Below, one piece after another: positions 8,917-17,024 of a stretch of DNA of 51,761 nucleotides (positions are counted from its first letter, which is position 1; the number at the start of each line of letters is the position of its first letter). Source of the DNA: Patescibacteria group bacterium (GTDB lineage: Bacteria; Patescibacteriota; Patescibacteriia; UBA2196; GWA2-42-15); NCBI GenBank assembly GCA_022709795.1, contig JAKLID010000002.1:1-51761 (forward strand), given 5' to 3'. Both the position numbers and the translations under genes were made by a program. The notes under the pieces were generated by a model. The model did not search any database and had not been told where the DNA came from. It was given only the letters and a program-made list of their open reading frames with translations.

Positions 8917-10005
8917 ATGTCTACCCAAAGTAATATCATTCTCAACAAAATAATCACCAACGTTGTCAAGATTGGCGCCTCATATTTACACCTCGAAACT
9001 GGCAGCAAGCCCATTATCCGTATTGATCAAAAACTTTCCTCAATTGAAGACAGCCCAGTGGTCAGCCAGGAATTTTTGGAGGACATCACGCAGATTGTCC
9101 TCACCAAAACCGAAGCTGAAGAATTGTCCAAAAGTAAATCAATCGTCATAACTCACACTTTTGAGGGTGATATTCGTTTTAAAATCCATATTTTTTATCA
9201 GCGCCATACTCTTTCCATGATCTTTACCTATATCCCCAATATTATTACCGATCCCGAGTCTCTAGGTCTGTCCAAGGAGTTTATTGATTTGACCAAGCGC
9301 AAAAATGGTCTCTTGATCGTGGCCGGCTACCATGGTTCCGGGCGGACATCCACGGTTTTGTCTCTTTTGAGCTATATCAACAAAACTCAGTCAAAATACA
9401 TCTTGACCCTGGAACGTCCAATTGAATATATTCTCACTTCCGAGCACGGTATTATTGAGCAGCGGGAAATCGGCCGCGATACTGAGAGCTTTCTCTCCGC
9501 TCTGAAATTTTCTGAAGAAAGTGACGTTGATATCGTTTCTGTTTCCGAGGTTGAAGATATTGAGGTTTTACAGAGCATTTTCAATTTAATTGAAAGCGGC
9601 CGTTTGGTTATCATTATTACCGAAGCTGAATCTGTCTCTGACGCTATCGCCAAACTAGTCAAATTGGCGCCGGAAGAGGACAGCGGCAAGATAAGGGACA
9701 CCCTGGCGGATGTTTTACTGGGTGTTGTTTTGCAACAGCTTTTGCCGCGTCGGGGTGGTGGTGAAGTCACCGTGATGGAGATATTGATCTCCAATTCTGC
9801 TTCCAAGGCCCTGATCAAAGAAGGCCGCTATGCCCAGATCACCAGTATCGTTCAAACTTCGCGTGACGAGGGTATGCGCAGTCTGGACCAGGCCCTAATC
9901 GAGCTGGTCAAGACCGGCGAAGTGGAATACGATGACGCCCTGTCAGTCGCTATCAACAAAACTGATTTTCAGGTTTCTGCGCAAAAATTTCATATTTCTA
10001 AATAA
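8917..10005 (+). CDS. PilT-like hexameric ATPase paralog with degenerate catalytic motifs
   Basis: PilT-like length and architecture. Walker A reads GYHGSGRTS (Lys to Arg, codon cgg at 9343-9345). The Asp box reads LTLERPIEY. The Walker B region reads DIVSVSEVED. The His box is replaced by SGRLVIIITEAES. Confidence 0.75.
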   Translation: MSTQSNIILNKIITNVVKIGASYLHLETGSKPIIRIDQKLSSIEDSPVVSQEFLEDITQIVLTKTEAEELSKSKSIVITHTFEGDIRFKIHIFYQRHTLSMIFTYIPNIITDPESLGLSKEFIDLTKRKNGLLIVAGYHGSGRTSTVLSLLSYINKTQSKYILTLERPIEYILTSEHGIIEQREIGRDTESFLSALKFSEESDVDIVSVSEVEDIEVLQSIFNLIESGRLVIIITEAESVSDAIAKLVKLAPEEDSGKIRDTLADVLLGVVLQQLLPRRGGGEVTVMEILISNSASKALIKEGRYAQITSIVQTSRDEGMRSLDQALIELVKTGEVEYDDALSVAINKTDFQVSAQKFHISK

Positions 10006-10011
10006 TATTTT

Positions 10012-11217
10012 ATGATGTTTCAATACCGAGGCAAAAATAGAGAGGGCCAGGACGTCGAAGGCTTTATTGAGGGCTCTAATAAAAATGATGCTATTGCCAC
10101 CTTGAGTGATCAGGGTGTTGCCATTCTTTTTTTAGAAGCCCAGTCCAAGAAGAGCGCGCTCAATATTCATCTCCCGTTTTTAAATCGGATTAAAACCAAA
10201 GACTTGGTTTTATTTTCTCGTCAGCTGGCCGTCATGACTACCGCGACTTTGCCGATCGTCCAGGCGCTTCGGATCCTTGTTGATCAGACGGATAATGTTC
10301 AGTTTAAATCGGTTATTTCTGAGATTGCCGATGATGTTGAAGGCGGCGAGCGGCTTTCTAACGCCCTGGAAAGGCATAATAAAATTTTTGGTAATTTTTT
10401 CGTCGCCATGGTCAGATCCGGTGAAACCTCCGGCAGCATTGACAAGGTTTTGAATTATTTGGCTGATGAACAGGAAAAAGATTATGCCCTGGTCAGCAAG
10501 ATCAAGGGGGCTATGATTTATCCAGCTTTTATTTTGGCCGCTTTGGGCGGCGTGGGTTTGATCATGATGGTTTATGTCGTCCCCAAGATCACGGCTATTT
10601 TGGTAGAAACCGGCGGTGAACTCCCCGTGGCCACCAAAATTTTGATTGGCACCAGCGCTTTTCTGGTTCACTGGTGGTGGGCGATTATTATTTTTTTAAT
10701 TGCCATCTTCATCGGATTAAAATACCTTCTGCGTCAGCCAGAGCCTCGCAAAATCTGGGATCATCTCAAGCTCAAATTGCCAGTTTTTGGCAGCTTGTTT
10801 CAACGTATCTATATTGTCCGCTTTACCAGAAGTATGGGCACCCTGGTGGAAGGCGGAGTGCCGATTACCACCTCGCTCAATATTGTCAGCGATATTGTCG
10901 GTAATGCTTTCTACAAAGATATTATTGATCGAACGGCGCGCGATGTTCAGGACGGTAATCCGATTGCTAGTCTCTTTCTTCGGACCAAGGAAATTCCCCC
11001 GATGATCGCCCACATGCTTTCAGTCGGCGAGAAAACTGGTCGGATTGGCGATGTTCTCAATAAAATGACAGATTTTTATGCTCGGGAGATTGAAGGTCTG
11101 GTCGCCAATCTGGTTAGCTTAATCGAGCCTTTGATCATGGTTATTATGGGTGTGGGTGTCGGCATCATGGTAGCGGCGGTTATTACCCCAATGTACAATA
11201 TGTCCTCCGGATTCTAG
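10012..11217 (+). CDS. pilC: Type IV pilus platform protein PilC (GspF family)
   Basis: Two GspF repeats (FSRQLAVMTTATLPIVQAL... and FTRSMGTLVEGGVPITTSL...) and three TM segments. Confidence 0.9.
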   Translation: MMFQYRGKNREGQDVEGFIEGSNKNDAIATLSDQGVAILFLEAQSKKSALNIHLPFLNRIKTKDLVLFSRQLAVMTTATLPIVQALRILVDQTDNVQFKSVISEIADDVEGGERLSNALERHNKIFGNFFVAMVRSGETSGSIDKVLNYLADEQEKDYALVSKIKGAMIYPAFILAALGGVGLIMMVYVVPKITAILVETGGELPVATKILIGTSAFLVHWWWAIIIFLIAIFIGLKYLLRQPEPRKIWDHLKLKLPVFGSLFQRIYIVRFTRSMGTLVEGGVPITTSLNIVSDIVGNAFYKDIIDRTARDVQDGNPIASLFLRTKEIPPMIAHMLSVGEKTGRIGDVLNKMTDFYAREIEGLVANLVSLIEPLIMVIMGVGVGIMVAAVITPMYNMSSGF

Positions 11218-11220
11218 AAG

Positions 11221-11276
11221 CCAGAAACCAGAAACTAGATATTAGTAATCAGAAACAAGATATCAGAAATCAGGGG
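11221..11276. repeat. Left heptad-repeat arm of cassette 1
   Basis: Eight in-phase heptads: ccagaaa|ccagaaa|ctagata|ttagtaa|tcagaaa|caagata|tcagaaa|tcagggg. Confidence 0.8.
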
Positions 11277-11294
11277 GAAAATAAAATTTATTTC

Positions 11295-11669
11295 ATGTCA
11301 CCTCTGCCTTTAAACCAACTTAAAATATATCAATTGAATCGGGAATATAGTCGCGGCGGTTGGCAAATTTATGAGCGTTTGACCTGGGAAATTATTAAAA
11401 CTATGGGGGACCAAATGATTAGAAGTATTGATTCTGTTGGCGCCAATATTGCTGAGGGCTATGGTCGTTATCATTATTTAGACAAAATCAAATTTTATTA
11501 CAATGCTCGCGGTTCATTATTTGAGTCAAAATATTGGCTGGATCTGATGTATGAAAGAAAAATAATAGAATCTGGTTGCTACCTTGCATTAATGAATCTA
11601 TATCAAAACATAGTTAAAGGCCTAAACGGTCTTATCTCTTCCAACTATCGTACCAAGTTCTCTTCCTGA
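11295..11669 (+). CDS. Four-helix-bundle protein (23S rRNA intervening-sequence protein / Avd-like family)
   Basis: SVGANIAEGYGRYHYLDKIKFYYNARGSLFESKYWL is the hallmark central motif of the family. The gene is AT-rich and sits in the loop between complementary repeat arms. Confidence 0.85.
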   Translation: MSPLPLNQLKIYQLNREYSRGGWQIYERLTWEIIKTMGDQMIRSIDSVGANIAEGYGRYHYLDKIKFYYNARGSLFESKYWLDLMYERKIIESGCYLALMNLYQNIVKGLNGLISSNYRTKFSS

Positions 11670-11670
11670 T

Positions 11671-11754
11671 TCCTAGTTTCTAACCTCCGATCCCCCTCGC
11701 TTCTGTATTTTTGTTTGTTTTTCCTGGTTTCTGATATCTGATTTCTGGTTTCTT
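11671..11754. repeat. Right heptad-repeat arm of cassette 1 (complement of 11221-11276)
   Basis: Twelve in-phase heptads, ending ...tttcctg|gtttctg|atatctg|atttctg|gtttctt. ccccct and tttctga/tttctgg are reverse complements of the left-arm words. Confidence 0.8.
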
Positions 11755-11765
11755 TCTTAATTTCG

Positions 11766-11774
11766 TGCTATAAT
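11766..11774 (+). promoter_or_regulatory. Extended -10 (TGcTATAAT) upstream of pilin 1
   Basis: tgctataat lies 118 nt upstream of the ATG at 11892. The identical 9-mer precedes pilin 2. Confidence 0.45.
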
Positions 11775-11891
11775 ATCCTTGTGTGGATAAATAATCGGAA
11801 TTTATTTATTAGTCAACTAAGCTCAAAGGTCGAAATTTTTGTTTAAATAAATAAATCTAGCTAGGTTTATTAGTAAGTTTTTTAAAAAATT

Positions 11892-12386
11892 ATGAAGAAT
11901 AATAAAAAAGGTTTTACCTTGATTGAGTTATTGGTGGTTATCGCCATTATCGGCCTTTTGGCTACTCTTTCCGTGGTCGCCTTGAACAATGCCCGTCAGA
12001 AATCGCGTGATGCCAAGCGCGTCTCCGACATCAAACAAATGCAGACTGCTTTGGAGCTTTATTTTGTGGATCAAAATGCCTATCCTTATTCTGCCGCGGC
12101 CCTTACATTGGGCTCAGCAGATTCCAAGGTATTATGTGCTACAGGCACTGCCGGTGTTGGTTTCAGAGCTGACGCTACTGGCTGCACTACAACATATATG
12201 GGGCAAGTTCCCTCCTCGCCAGTTCCGCCAGCCACTGCTGTTTACACTTATACAAGTTTGACTGCCGGTCTTGGTGCAACATATACGATAACGTTTGGTC
12301 TTGAGGGCCCGACTGGTGGTTTGACATGTACTACTTATAGCACCACCTGTTGCTCCGCCACCCCAAACGGCATTACTTGTACATAA
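11892..12386 (+). CDS. Type IV (major-type) pilin, paralog 1
   Basis: Prepilin leader MKNNKKG|FTLIELLVVIAIIGLLA with Glu5. Six Cys, including a C-terminal LTCTTYSTTCCSATPNGITC. Confidence 0.85.
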   Translation: MKNNKKGFTLIELLVVIAIIGLLATLSVVALNNARQKSRDAKRVSDIKQMQTALELYFVDQNAYPYSAAALTLGSADSKVLCATGTAGVGFRADATGCTTTYMGQVPSSPVPPATAVYTYTSLTAGLGATYTITFGLEGPTGGLTCTTYSTTCCSATPNGITCT

Positions 12387-12410
12387 TCGTTGGTTTAATT
12401 TCTGATATTG

Positions 12411-12443
12411 AAAACCCCTTGCGAAGAGCAAGGGGTTTTGCTA
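12411..12443 (+). terminator. Intrinsic terminator after pilin 1
   Basis: aaaacccctt-gcgaagagc-aaggggtttt: 10-bp stem plus T-run. Confidence 0.7.
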
Positions 12444-12616
12444 ATCATTTTATTATCTTGTCTTAAGCGTAAATCTCTTATTTGTCTAAAAAATTCAGCT
12501 CATCCTTATAAACACTCTCCCGCCAATAAAAAAACTCCTTGTTTTTTTGGAGTATTTTCCCTATTTTTTGGGTGAACTTAATTAACATAGATATCTTTCT
12601 TGTTCTTAGTTTATTA

Positions 12617-12625
12617 TGCTATAAT
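12617..12625 (+). promoter_or_regulatory. Extended -10 (TGcTATAAT) upstream of pilin 2
   Basis: tgctataat lies 52 nt upstream of the ATG at 12677. Confidence 0.45.
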
Positions 12626-12676
12626 AATAACATAATGAGCGCTGGACACAAGCCAGTTTAATTATCAATCCAAGAT

Positions 12677-13171
12677 ATGTTATTTGCCCAAGCCAAGGTT
12701 CATCGCCCTGGTTTTACCCTGATTGAGCTTTTGTTAGTTATTGCCATCATCGGTCTTTTGGCGACATTGGCTACGTCTTCTTTGAGCAATGCCCGTCAAA
12801 AATCGCGGGATGCTAGACGAGTCGCTGATATCAGACAAATTCGCACCGCCTTGGACATGTATCTTGATGGCACCACCTCGGGTCTCTATCCGGTCGCCAC
12901 GGGTTTGACTTTGGGTAGCGCTACGGCCCAGTGTCTGGGCGCTAGTGGTTTTTCCGCGTCTGCCGGCTGTACAAACCCAATTTTCATGGCCAAGATAGAT
13001 GGTGATCCTGGAGGCGAGAGCGGTTATAGTTATTTATATACTAGCGCTGATGGCGCGACTTATACGATCACTTTTGGCCTAGCCGGGAGAACAGGGCAAT
13101 TAGTCTGCGCCGCTGGCTATGATGCTAGCTGTTGCCATGCCACTCCGACTGGTGTAGACTGTTCTTTTTGA
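12677..13171 (+). CDS. Type IV (major-type) pilin, paralog 2
   Basis: Leader MLFAQAKVHRPG|FTLIELLLVIAIIGLLA. Same length and Cys pattern as paralog 1 (TYTITFGLAGRTGQLVCAAGYDASCCHATPTGVDC). Confidence 0.85.
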   Translation: MLFAQAKVHRPGFTLIELLLVIAIIGLLATLATSSLSNARQKSRDARRVADIRQIRTALDMYLDGTTSGLYPVATGLTLGSATAQCLGASGFSASAGCTNPIFMAKIDGDPGGESGYSYLYTSADGATYTITFGLAGRTGQLVCAAGYDASCCHATPTGVDCSF

Positions 13172-13196
13172 TTATTTGCCTTCCACCCCGATCTTT

Positions 13197-13231
13197 CTCC
13201 GCCCAGTTTTATTCTCGGCGGAGTTTGTGTT
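13197..13231 (+). terminator. Probable terminator after pilin 2
   Basis: Stem ctccgcc / ggcggag followed by tttgtgtt. Confidence 0.5.
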
Positions 13232-13245
13232 ATAATATAAGTACT

Positions 13246-14073
13246 ATGTCACTATTCTTTTTTGGGTTTTCCTTTATGCTTGGTCTGTTGATTGGCAGTT
13301 TTATCAATTGCGTGGTTTACCGCCTTCACCAGGGGATTTCTTTTTTGGGCGGCCGGTCATTTTGTCCCCGCTGCAAGCAGCTCATCGTCTGGCATGATAA
13401 TATTCCTCTCGTCAGTTATCTCCTGCTTCGCGGCCGTTGTCGCGCTTGCCACAAGAAAATTTCCTCCACTTATCCATTGGTTGAGCTCGCTGGCGGAATT
13501 TTATTCCTCTTAGTCGCCTTGCATATTTATCCGGCATTATCAGGCCCAAGCGCTAATTTGGCTCTTTCCACCATTCTCGTCATTATCCGCGATTGGTTGT
13601 TCGCCGGCATTCTCCTGACTATTTTTCTCTACGATCTCAAGTATTACCTGATATCTGACCTTGTCGTTTTGCCGGCCTTCGCCCTGGCTCTCTTATCAAA
13701 TTTAATAATTGCCGCGCTGGAGAACAGCTCTCTTAGTTTCTTAATTTCTTCATTTCTCAATTTCTTTCTTTCTGCCTTGTTCGCTGGTGGTTTTTTTCTC
13801 CTCCTTTTTGTTATTTCCAAAGGTAAATGGATCGGTGGTGGTGACCTCCGTTTGGGGCTGCTCTTGGGCGCGCTCCTGGGTTGGCCGGGCGTATTGGTCG
13901 CTCTTTTCCTCGCTTATATTTCCGGCGCGCTGATCGGTCTGCTCCTGATTATTGCCAAAAAGAAAACTATGGCTTCCGCTGTTCCCTTTGGCACCTTTTT
14001 GTCCGCCAGTGCTTTCATCGCTTTACTCTGGGGACCGTTCCTAGTAGCACAGTATTTAAGTTTTACTTTTTAG
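13246..14073 (+). CDS. pilD: Prepilin peptidase / N-methyltransferase PilD (peptidase A24)
   Basis: CPRC...CRAC zinc motif in the N-terminal domain, GGGDLRLGLLLGALLGW catalytic Asp motif, polytopic membrane protein. ATG 13246 is chosen because the upstream part of the ORF overlaps pilin 2. Confidence 0.9.
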   Translation: MSLFFFGFSFMLGLLIGSFINCVVYRLHQGISFLGGRSFCPRCKQLIVWHDNIPLVSYLLLRGRCRACHKKISSTYPLVELAGGILFLLVALHIYPALSGPSANLALSTILVIIRDWLFAGILLTIFLYDLKYYLISDLVVLPAFALALLSNLIIAALENSSLSFLISSFLNFFLSALFAGGFFLLLFVISKGKWIGGGDLRLGLLLGALLGWPGVLVALFLAYISGALIGLLLIIAKKKTMASAVPFGTFLSASAFIALLWGPFLVAQYLSFTF

Positions 14074-14149
14074 AAAAAATTTATCCCAAATGACTTAATT
14101 AGTAGTGGTCTGGCTCAGATATTGAGGATAAACTTAATAAAAAATAATT

Positions 14150-14896
14150 ATGAAAAGTCGTCCTGGTTTTACTATTGCCGAACTCGTAGTCGCCGCTGGT
14201 ATTATTGCCATGATCTCCGCTCTGGTTCTGACCAATTTTCGCGGCTCCAGCCAAAAAGCCGCTCTTGATAATGAAGCGGAAAGATTGAGTTCCATCTTGC
14301 GTCAAGCCAATATCAATTCCCTGATTGGCCTGACAGTCAATGGTGCTCGCCCCAAGGGCGGCTATGGCGTGCATGTTGCCGCATGTCAGGCAGATTGCGC
14401 TTACCAAATTTTCCCCGACAATGATGGTAGTCATCTATATTCTGAGACAATAGATCTTCCTATCCAGAGATTTGGCATGTTGGATGACAACGTTTATGTC
14501 GTCGGGGTTGCCCTACCAGCCTCAGTTTGTGGATCAGGTGATGTCAATAATGATGGGACAGCTGACTCTACTGACGCCCTGATTGTTTCTACCTATGTTG
14601 GGAATAATGATTGTTGTGAGGGTTTGGATTTTAATTTCGACAATGCCGATGTCAATTGTGATGGACAAATAACCGAGGCTGATTTTCAGATTATTCTTAA
14701 TGGCGATGTTGGGGCCCCGATCCCCAGTGAGCCAACCAGTTTTTTGGATGTGGCTTTTATTCCGCCCCAGGGCACTATTTTTATTAATGGCAGTCAAGCC
14801 TATACCCAAGCGGAAATCACTCTTGGTTTCAAGAATACTAGTTATACCAAAAAAATTATCCTTGATCGCCGCACCGGCCAGATTAATATCCAATAA
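14150..14896 (+). CDS. Minor pilin / pseudopilin with an embedded dockerin-like module
   Basis: Prepilin motif MKSRPG|FTIAELVVAAGIIAMI. A duplicated EF-hand-like segment GDVNNDGTADSTDALIVSTYV ... ADVNCDGQITEADFQIILNG lies at nt ~14534-14707. Confidence 0.75.
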   Translation: MKSRPGFTIAELVVAAGIIAMISALVLTNFRGSSQKAALDNEAERLSSILRQANINSLIGLTVNGARPKGGYGVHVAACQADCAYQIFPDNDGSHLYSETIDLPIQRFGMLDDNVYVVGVALPASVCGSGDVNNDGTADSTDALIVSTYVGNNDCCEGLDFNFDNADVNCDGQITEADFQIILNGDVGAPIPSEPTSFLDVAFIPPQGTIFINGSQAYTQAEITLGFKNTSYTKKIILDRRTGQINIQ

Positions 14897-14901
14897 ACGC
14901 C

Positions 14902-15483
14902 ATGTTGACTATTATTAAAAATAAAAAAGGTCTGACACTTTTGGAAACTACCATTGCGCTTGGTATTTTGATGCTGGGCATTTTGGCCAGTCTCACGCTG
15001 ATGTTATCTTCTTTCAGCTATATCCAGACTACCGAGAACGAAATCGTCGTGGTCAATCTGGCCCGTGAAGGTCTAGAGATCGTGCGTTCCATCAGGAATA
15101 ATAATAGTTATAAACCAGATAGTGATAAGACAAAAATAGATATCTTTAGTGGTGCCTTTGATGGTAATGGCTATATTGTTGACACCGTAAACCACAACAA
15201 TCTCAGCACCCAAGCCATCAATGTCACCAATATCAATCAATGCAACAGTGGCGACAACACAATCTGCAATCTTTATTTGACCGATACTGGTCGTTATACC
15301 CACGACCCCTCTTCTGGTAGCCTTAGTAACACCAAAACCGCCTTTAGCCGGCTGGTCACCATTGAGGCCTCACCAGACAATTATTATGAAAAAATTATTA
15401 CCTCCACTGTCAGTTGGCAGGTCAAGGGTCGGACTAGGACCTTCAAAATTGAATCACGTCTCACCGACTGGCAAGCTAAATAG
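14902..15483 (+). CDS. Minor pilin (prepilin-type N-terminal cleavage domain)
   Basis: KNKKG|LTLLETTIALGILMLGIL with Glu5. Confidence 0.7.
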   Translation: MLTIIKNKKGLTLLETTIALGILMLGILASLTLMLSSFSYIQTTENEIVVVNLAREGLEIVRSIRNNNSYKPDSDKTKIDIFSGAFDGNGYIVDTVNHNNLSTQAINVTNINQCNSGDNTICNLYLTDTGRYTHDPSSGSLSNTKTAFSRLVTIEASPDNYYEKIITSTVSWQVKGRTRTFKIESRLTDWQAK

Positions 15484-15490
15484 CAGTTTT

Positions 15491-16093
15491 ATGTTTTTCC
15501 CAATCAATTACAATTTCCCCATCACCCGAGCGGTCCAGCGCGACCAGCGTGGTTTCACCTTGTTGGAAATGACCATTGCCCTCGGTATTTTTGTGATTCT
15601 TTTTACTCTCACCCTCGGTGTCTACTCCTATGCCCTCAAGGCTGAACAGCGCACTATCCAAATTTCCAAACTCCAAAGAGAAGCCCAGTTTATCATGGAA
15701 ATTATTGCCAAAAAAGTCAGGAGCGGCCGCATTGATTATGCCTATACCGACCCCATAAATTCCGATGGCACGAGTCCGCTCGCCCTTTTCGATTCTAGCG
15801 GCAGTCCCACTGTTTTCAAATTTGAAAATGAAGCGGGGAACAAGAGTTTCAAAGTCTGTATTGCTGATTGTGATTCCCCGGATAATTTTTTCTCTATCCC
15901 GCCGACTGATGTTATTGTTTCAGACTTAAAATTTTTTGTTGATCCCCTGACCAACCCCTTTATTAATATCAATGAACCACCAGCGAGTTTTCCCAAGGTG
16001 ACCGTAGTCTTGGATTTGTCCAATACTCGGGCTGGTGTCACTCGCCACCTCGTGGTTCAGCAGACAATGCCCCAGCGGCTGGCCGGTTTTTAA
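15491..16093 (+). CDS. Minor pilin (prepilin-type N-terminal cleavage domain)
   Basis: QRDQRG|FTLLEMTIALGIFVILF. ATG 15491 is chosen because the upstream part of the ORF overlaps the preceding gene. Confidence 0.7.
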   Translation: MFFPINYNFPITRAVQRDQRGFTLLEMTIALGIFVILFTLTLGVYSYALKAEQRTIQISKLQREAQFIMEIIAKKVRSGRIDYAYTDPINSDGTSPLALFDSSGSPTVFKFENEAGNKSFKVCIADCDSPDNFFSIPPTDVIVSDLKFFVDPLTNPFININEPPASFPKVTVVLDLSNTRAGVTRHLVVQQTMPQRLAGF

Positions 16094-16103
16094 TTCTTTA
16101 TCT

Positions 16104-16964
16104 ATGACTAAAAATTCAAAAATATCTTCCAACCATCATGGCATCGCTCTAGTCCTTTCAGTTTTGGTTTTGGCCAATCTGATGATGATCACCCTGATCG
16201 TGGCTGATGTTATCTTGATTATTGGTCGGACCAGTCAGGCGATTGGGGAGTCTGAAGCTGCCTATTACGCAGCCGAAAGCGCGGTTGAGAAAGCGGTTTA
16301 TGAAGTAGAGCAACCCCCGTATGATATTAGTGATTGGGGCACTAGTGCCGAGGATCCAGCCGCCGGTCAGCTAACTAACTCCCGTGTTACTTGGCAAAGT
16401 TATATTCAGCCGGTTTATATCATTCCTGTTATTTGTGTTGACGATAAGAATATCGTTACAACCTATAATTCTTTGACTGATGTTGAAAACCCCAACACCA
16501 AGAGTTGTGTTTATCCTGAGGTACTTGGACAAAATATTAGTAAGCAAAATCCCCTAAAAATAAAATTACGCCCTGAGAAATCTTTTGAACTAGACTTTAA
16601 CATTACGGTTCCAAACTCTGGGGGATTTATCTTTTACCCCAAAGGAATTGATTTTTCTTGGGATAAGGCAGCAAGCGGCTATCTAATTATTCTAGACTCT
16701 AATGGCCAGTCATTTGATAATACTGCTGATACGCCTAGGCACGTATCAAAATCTTTTGCCGACGACCAAGTATCATCGCCAAATATGCGCGCCCGTTTTT
16801 TTAATGGCTCCACTGAGGAAGAAGTGATTTATACTATTGCCCCCCACGATACTCCACCATCCGTCTTTTTGCCCGTCGGTATCGAGATTGTGGCCAAGGG
16901 TTATTATAATGGCCAGAAAGAGAGAATCATTGTCCTGAACAAAAAGCTCTGGAAAATATATTAA
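16104..16964 (+). CDS. Pilus-associated protein (PilX-like, tentative)
   Basis: N-terminal hydrophobic helix HHGIALVLSVLVLANLMMITLIV without Glu5. It is the last gene of the pilin block, before a strong terminator. Confidence 0.45.
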   Translation: MTKNSKISSNHHGIALVLSVLVLANLMMITLIVADVILIIGRTSQAIGESEAAYYAAESAVEKAVYEVEQPPYDISDWGTSAEDPAAGQLTNSRVTWQSYIQPVYIIPVICVDDKNIVTTYNSLTDVENPNTKSCVYPEVLGQNISKQNPLKIKLRPEKSFELDFNITVPNSGGFIFYPKGIDFSWDKAASGYLIILDSNGQSFDNTADTPRHVSKSFADDQVSSPNMRARFFNGSTEEEVIYTIAPHDTPPSVFLPVGIEIVAKGYYNGQKERIIVLNKKLWKIY

Positions 16965-16971
16965 TCATCAA

Positions 16972-17012
16972 AAAACCGTCCCGCTAGCATCAGCTCATCG
17001 GGACGGTTTTTG
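16972..17012. terminator. Bidirectional intrinsic terminator ending the pilus locus
   Basis: aaaaaccgtcccg-ctagcatcagctcat-cgggacggttttt. Confidence 0.75.
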
Positions 17013-17024
17013 TTTCCAAAAATA

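Noticed and set aside
11667-11669. Alternative genetic code with UGA reassigned, as in some CPR lineages.
   Set aside because: TGA terminates several well-delimited genes at sensible lengths (four-helix-bundle 11669, pilin 2 at 13171, NOX-like 38934). No conserved gene appears truncated at an in-frame TGA.
13132-13245. Long N-terminal extensions in the ORF track. They affect pilD 13132, the minor pilins 15362 and 16035, typA 18220, the four-helix gene 35106, 37022, 37555, ZIP to 41363, the FN3 protein to 43971, ligA 45160 and the anti-sigma-like gene 31617.
   Set aside because: The extensions overlap the preceding gene or run through repeat or terminator sequence. A downstream ATG gives a canonical N-terminus (signal peptide, prepilin leader, G1 motif and so on), so the shorter coordinates are reported.
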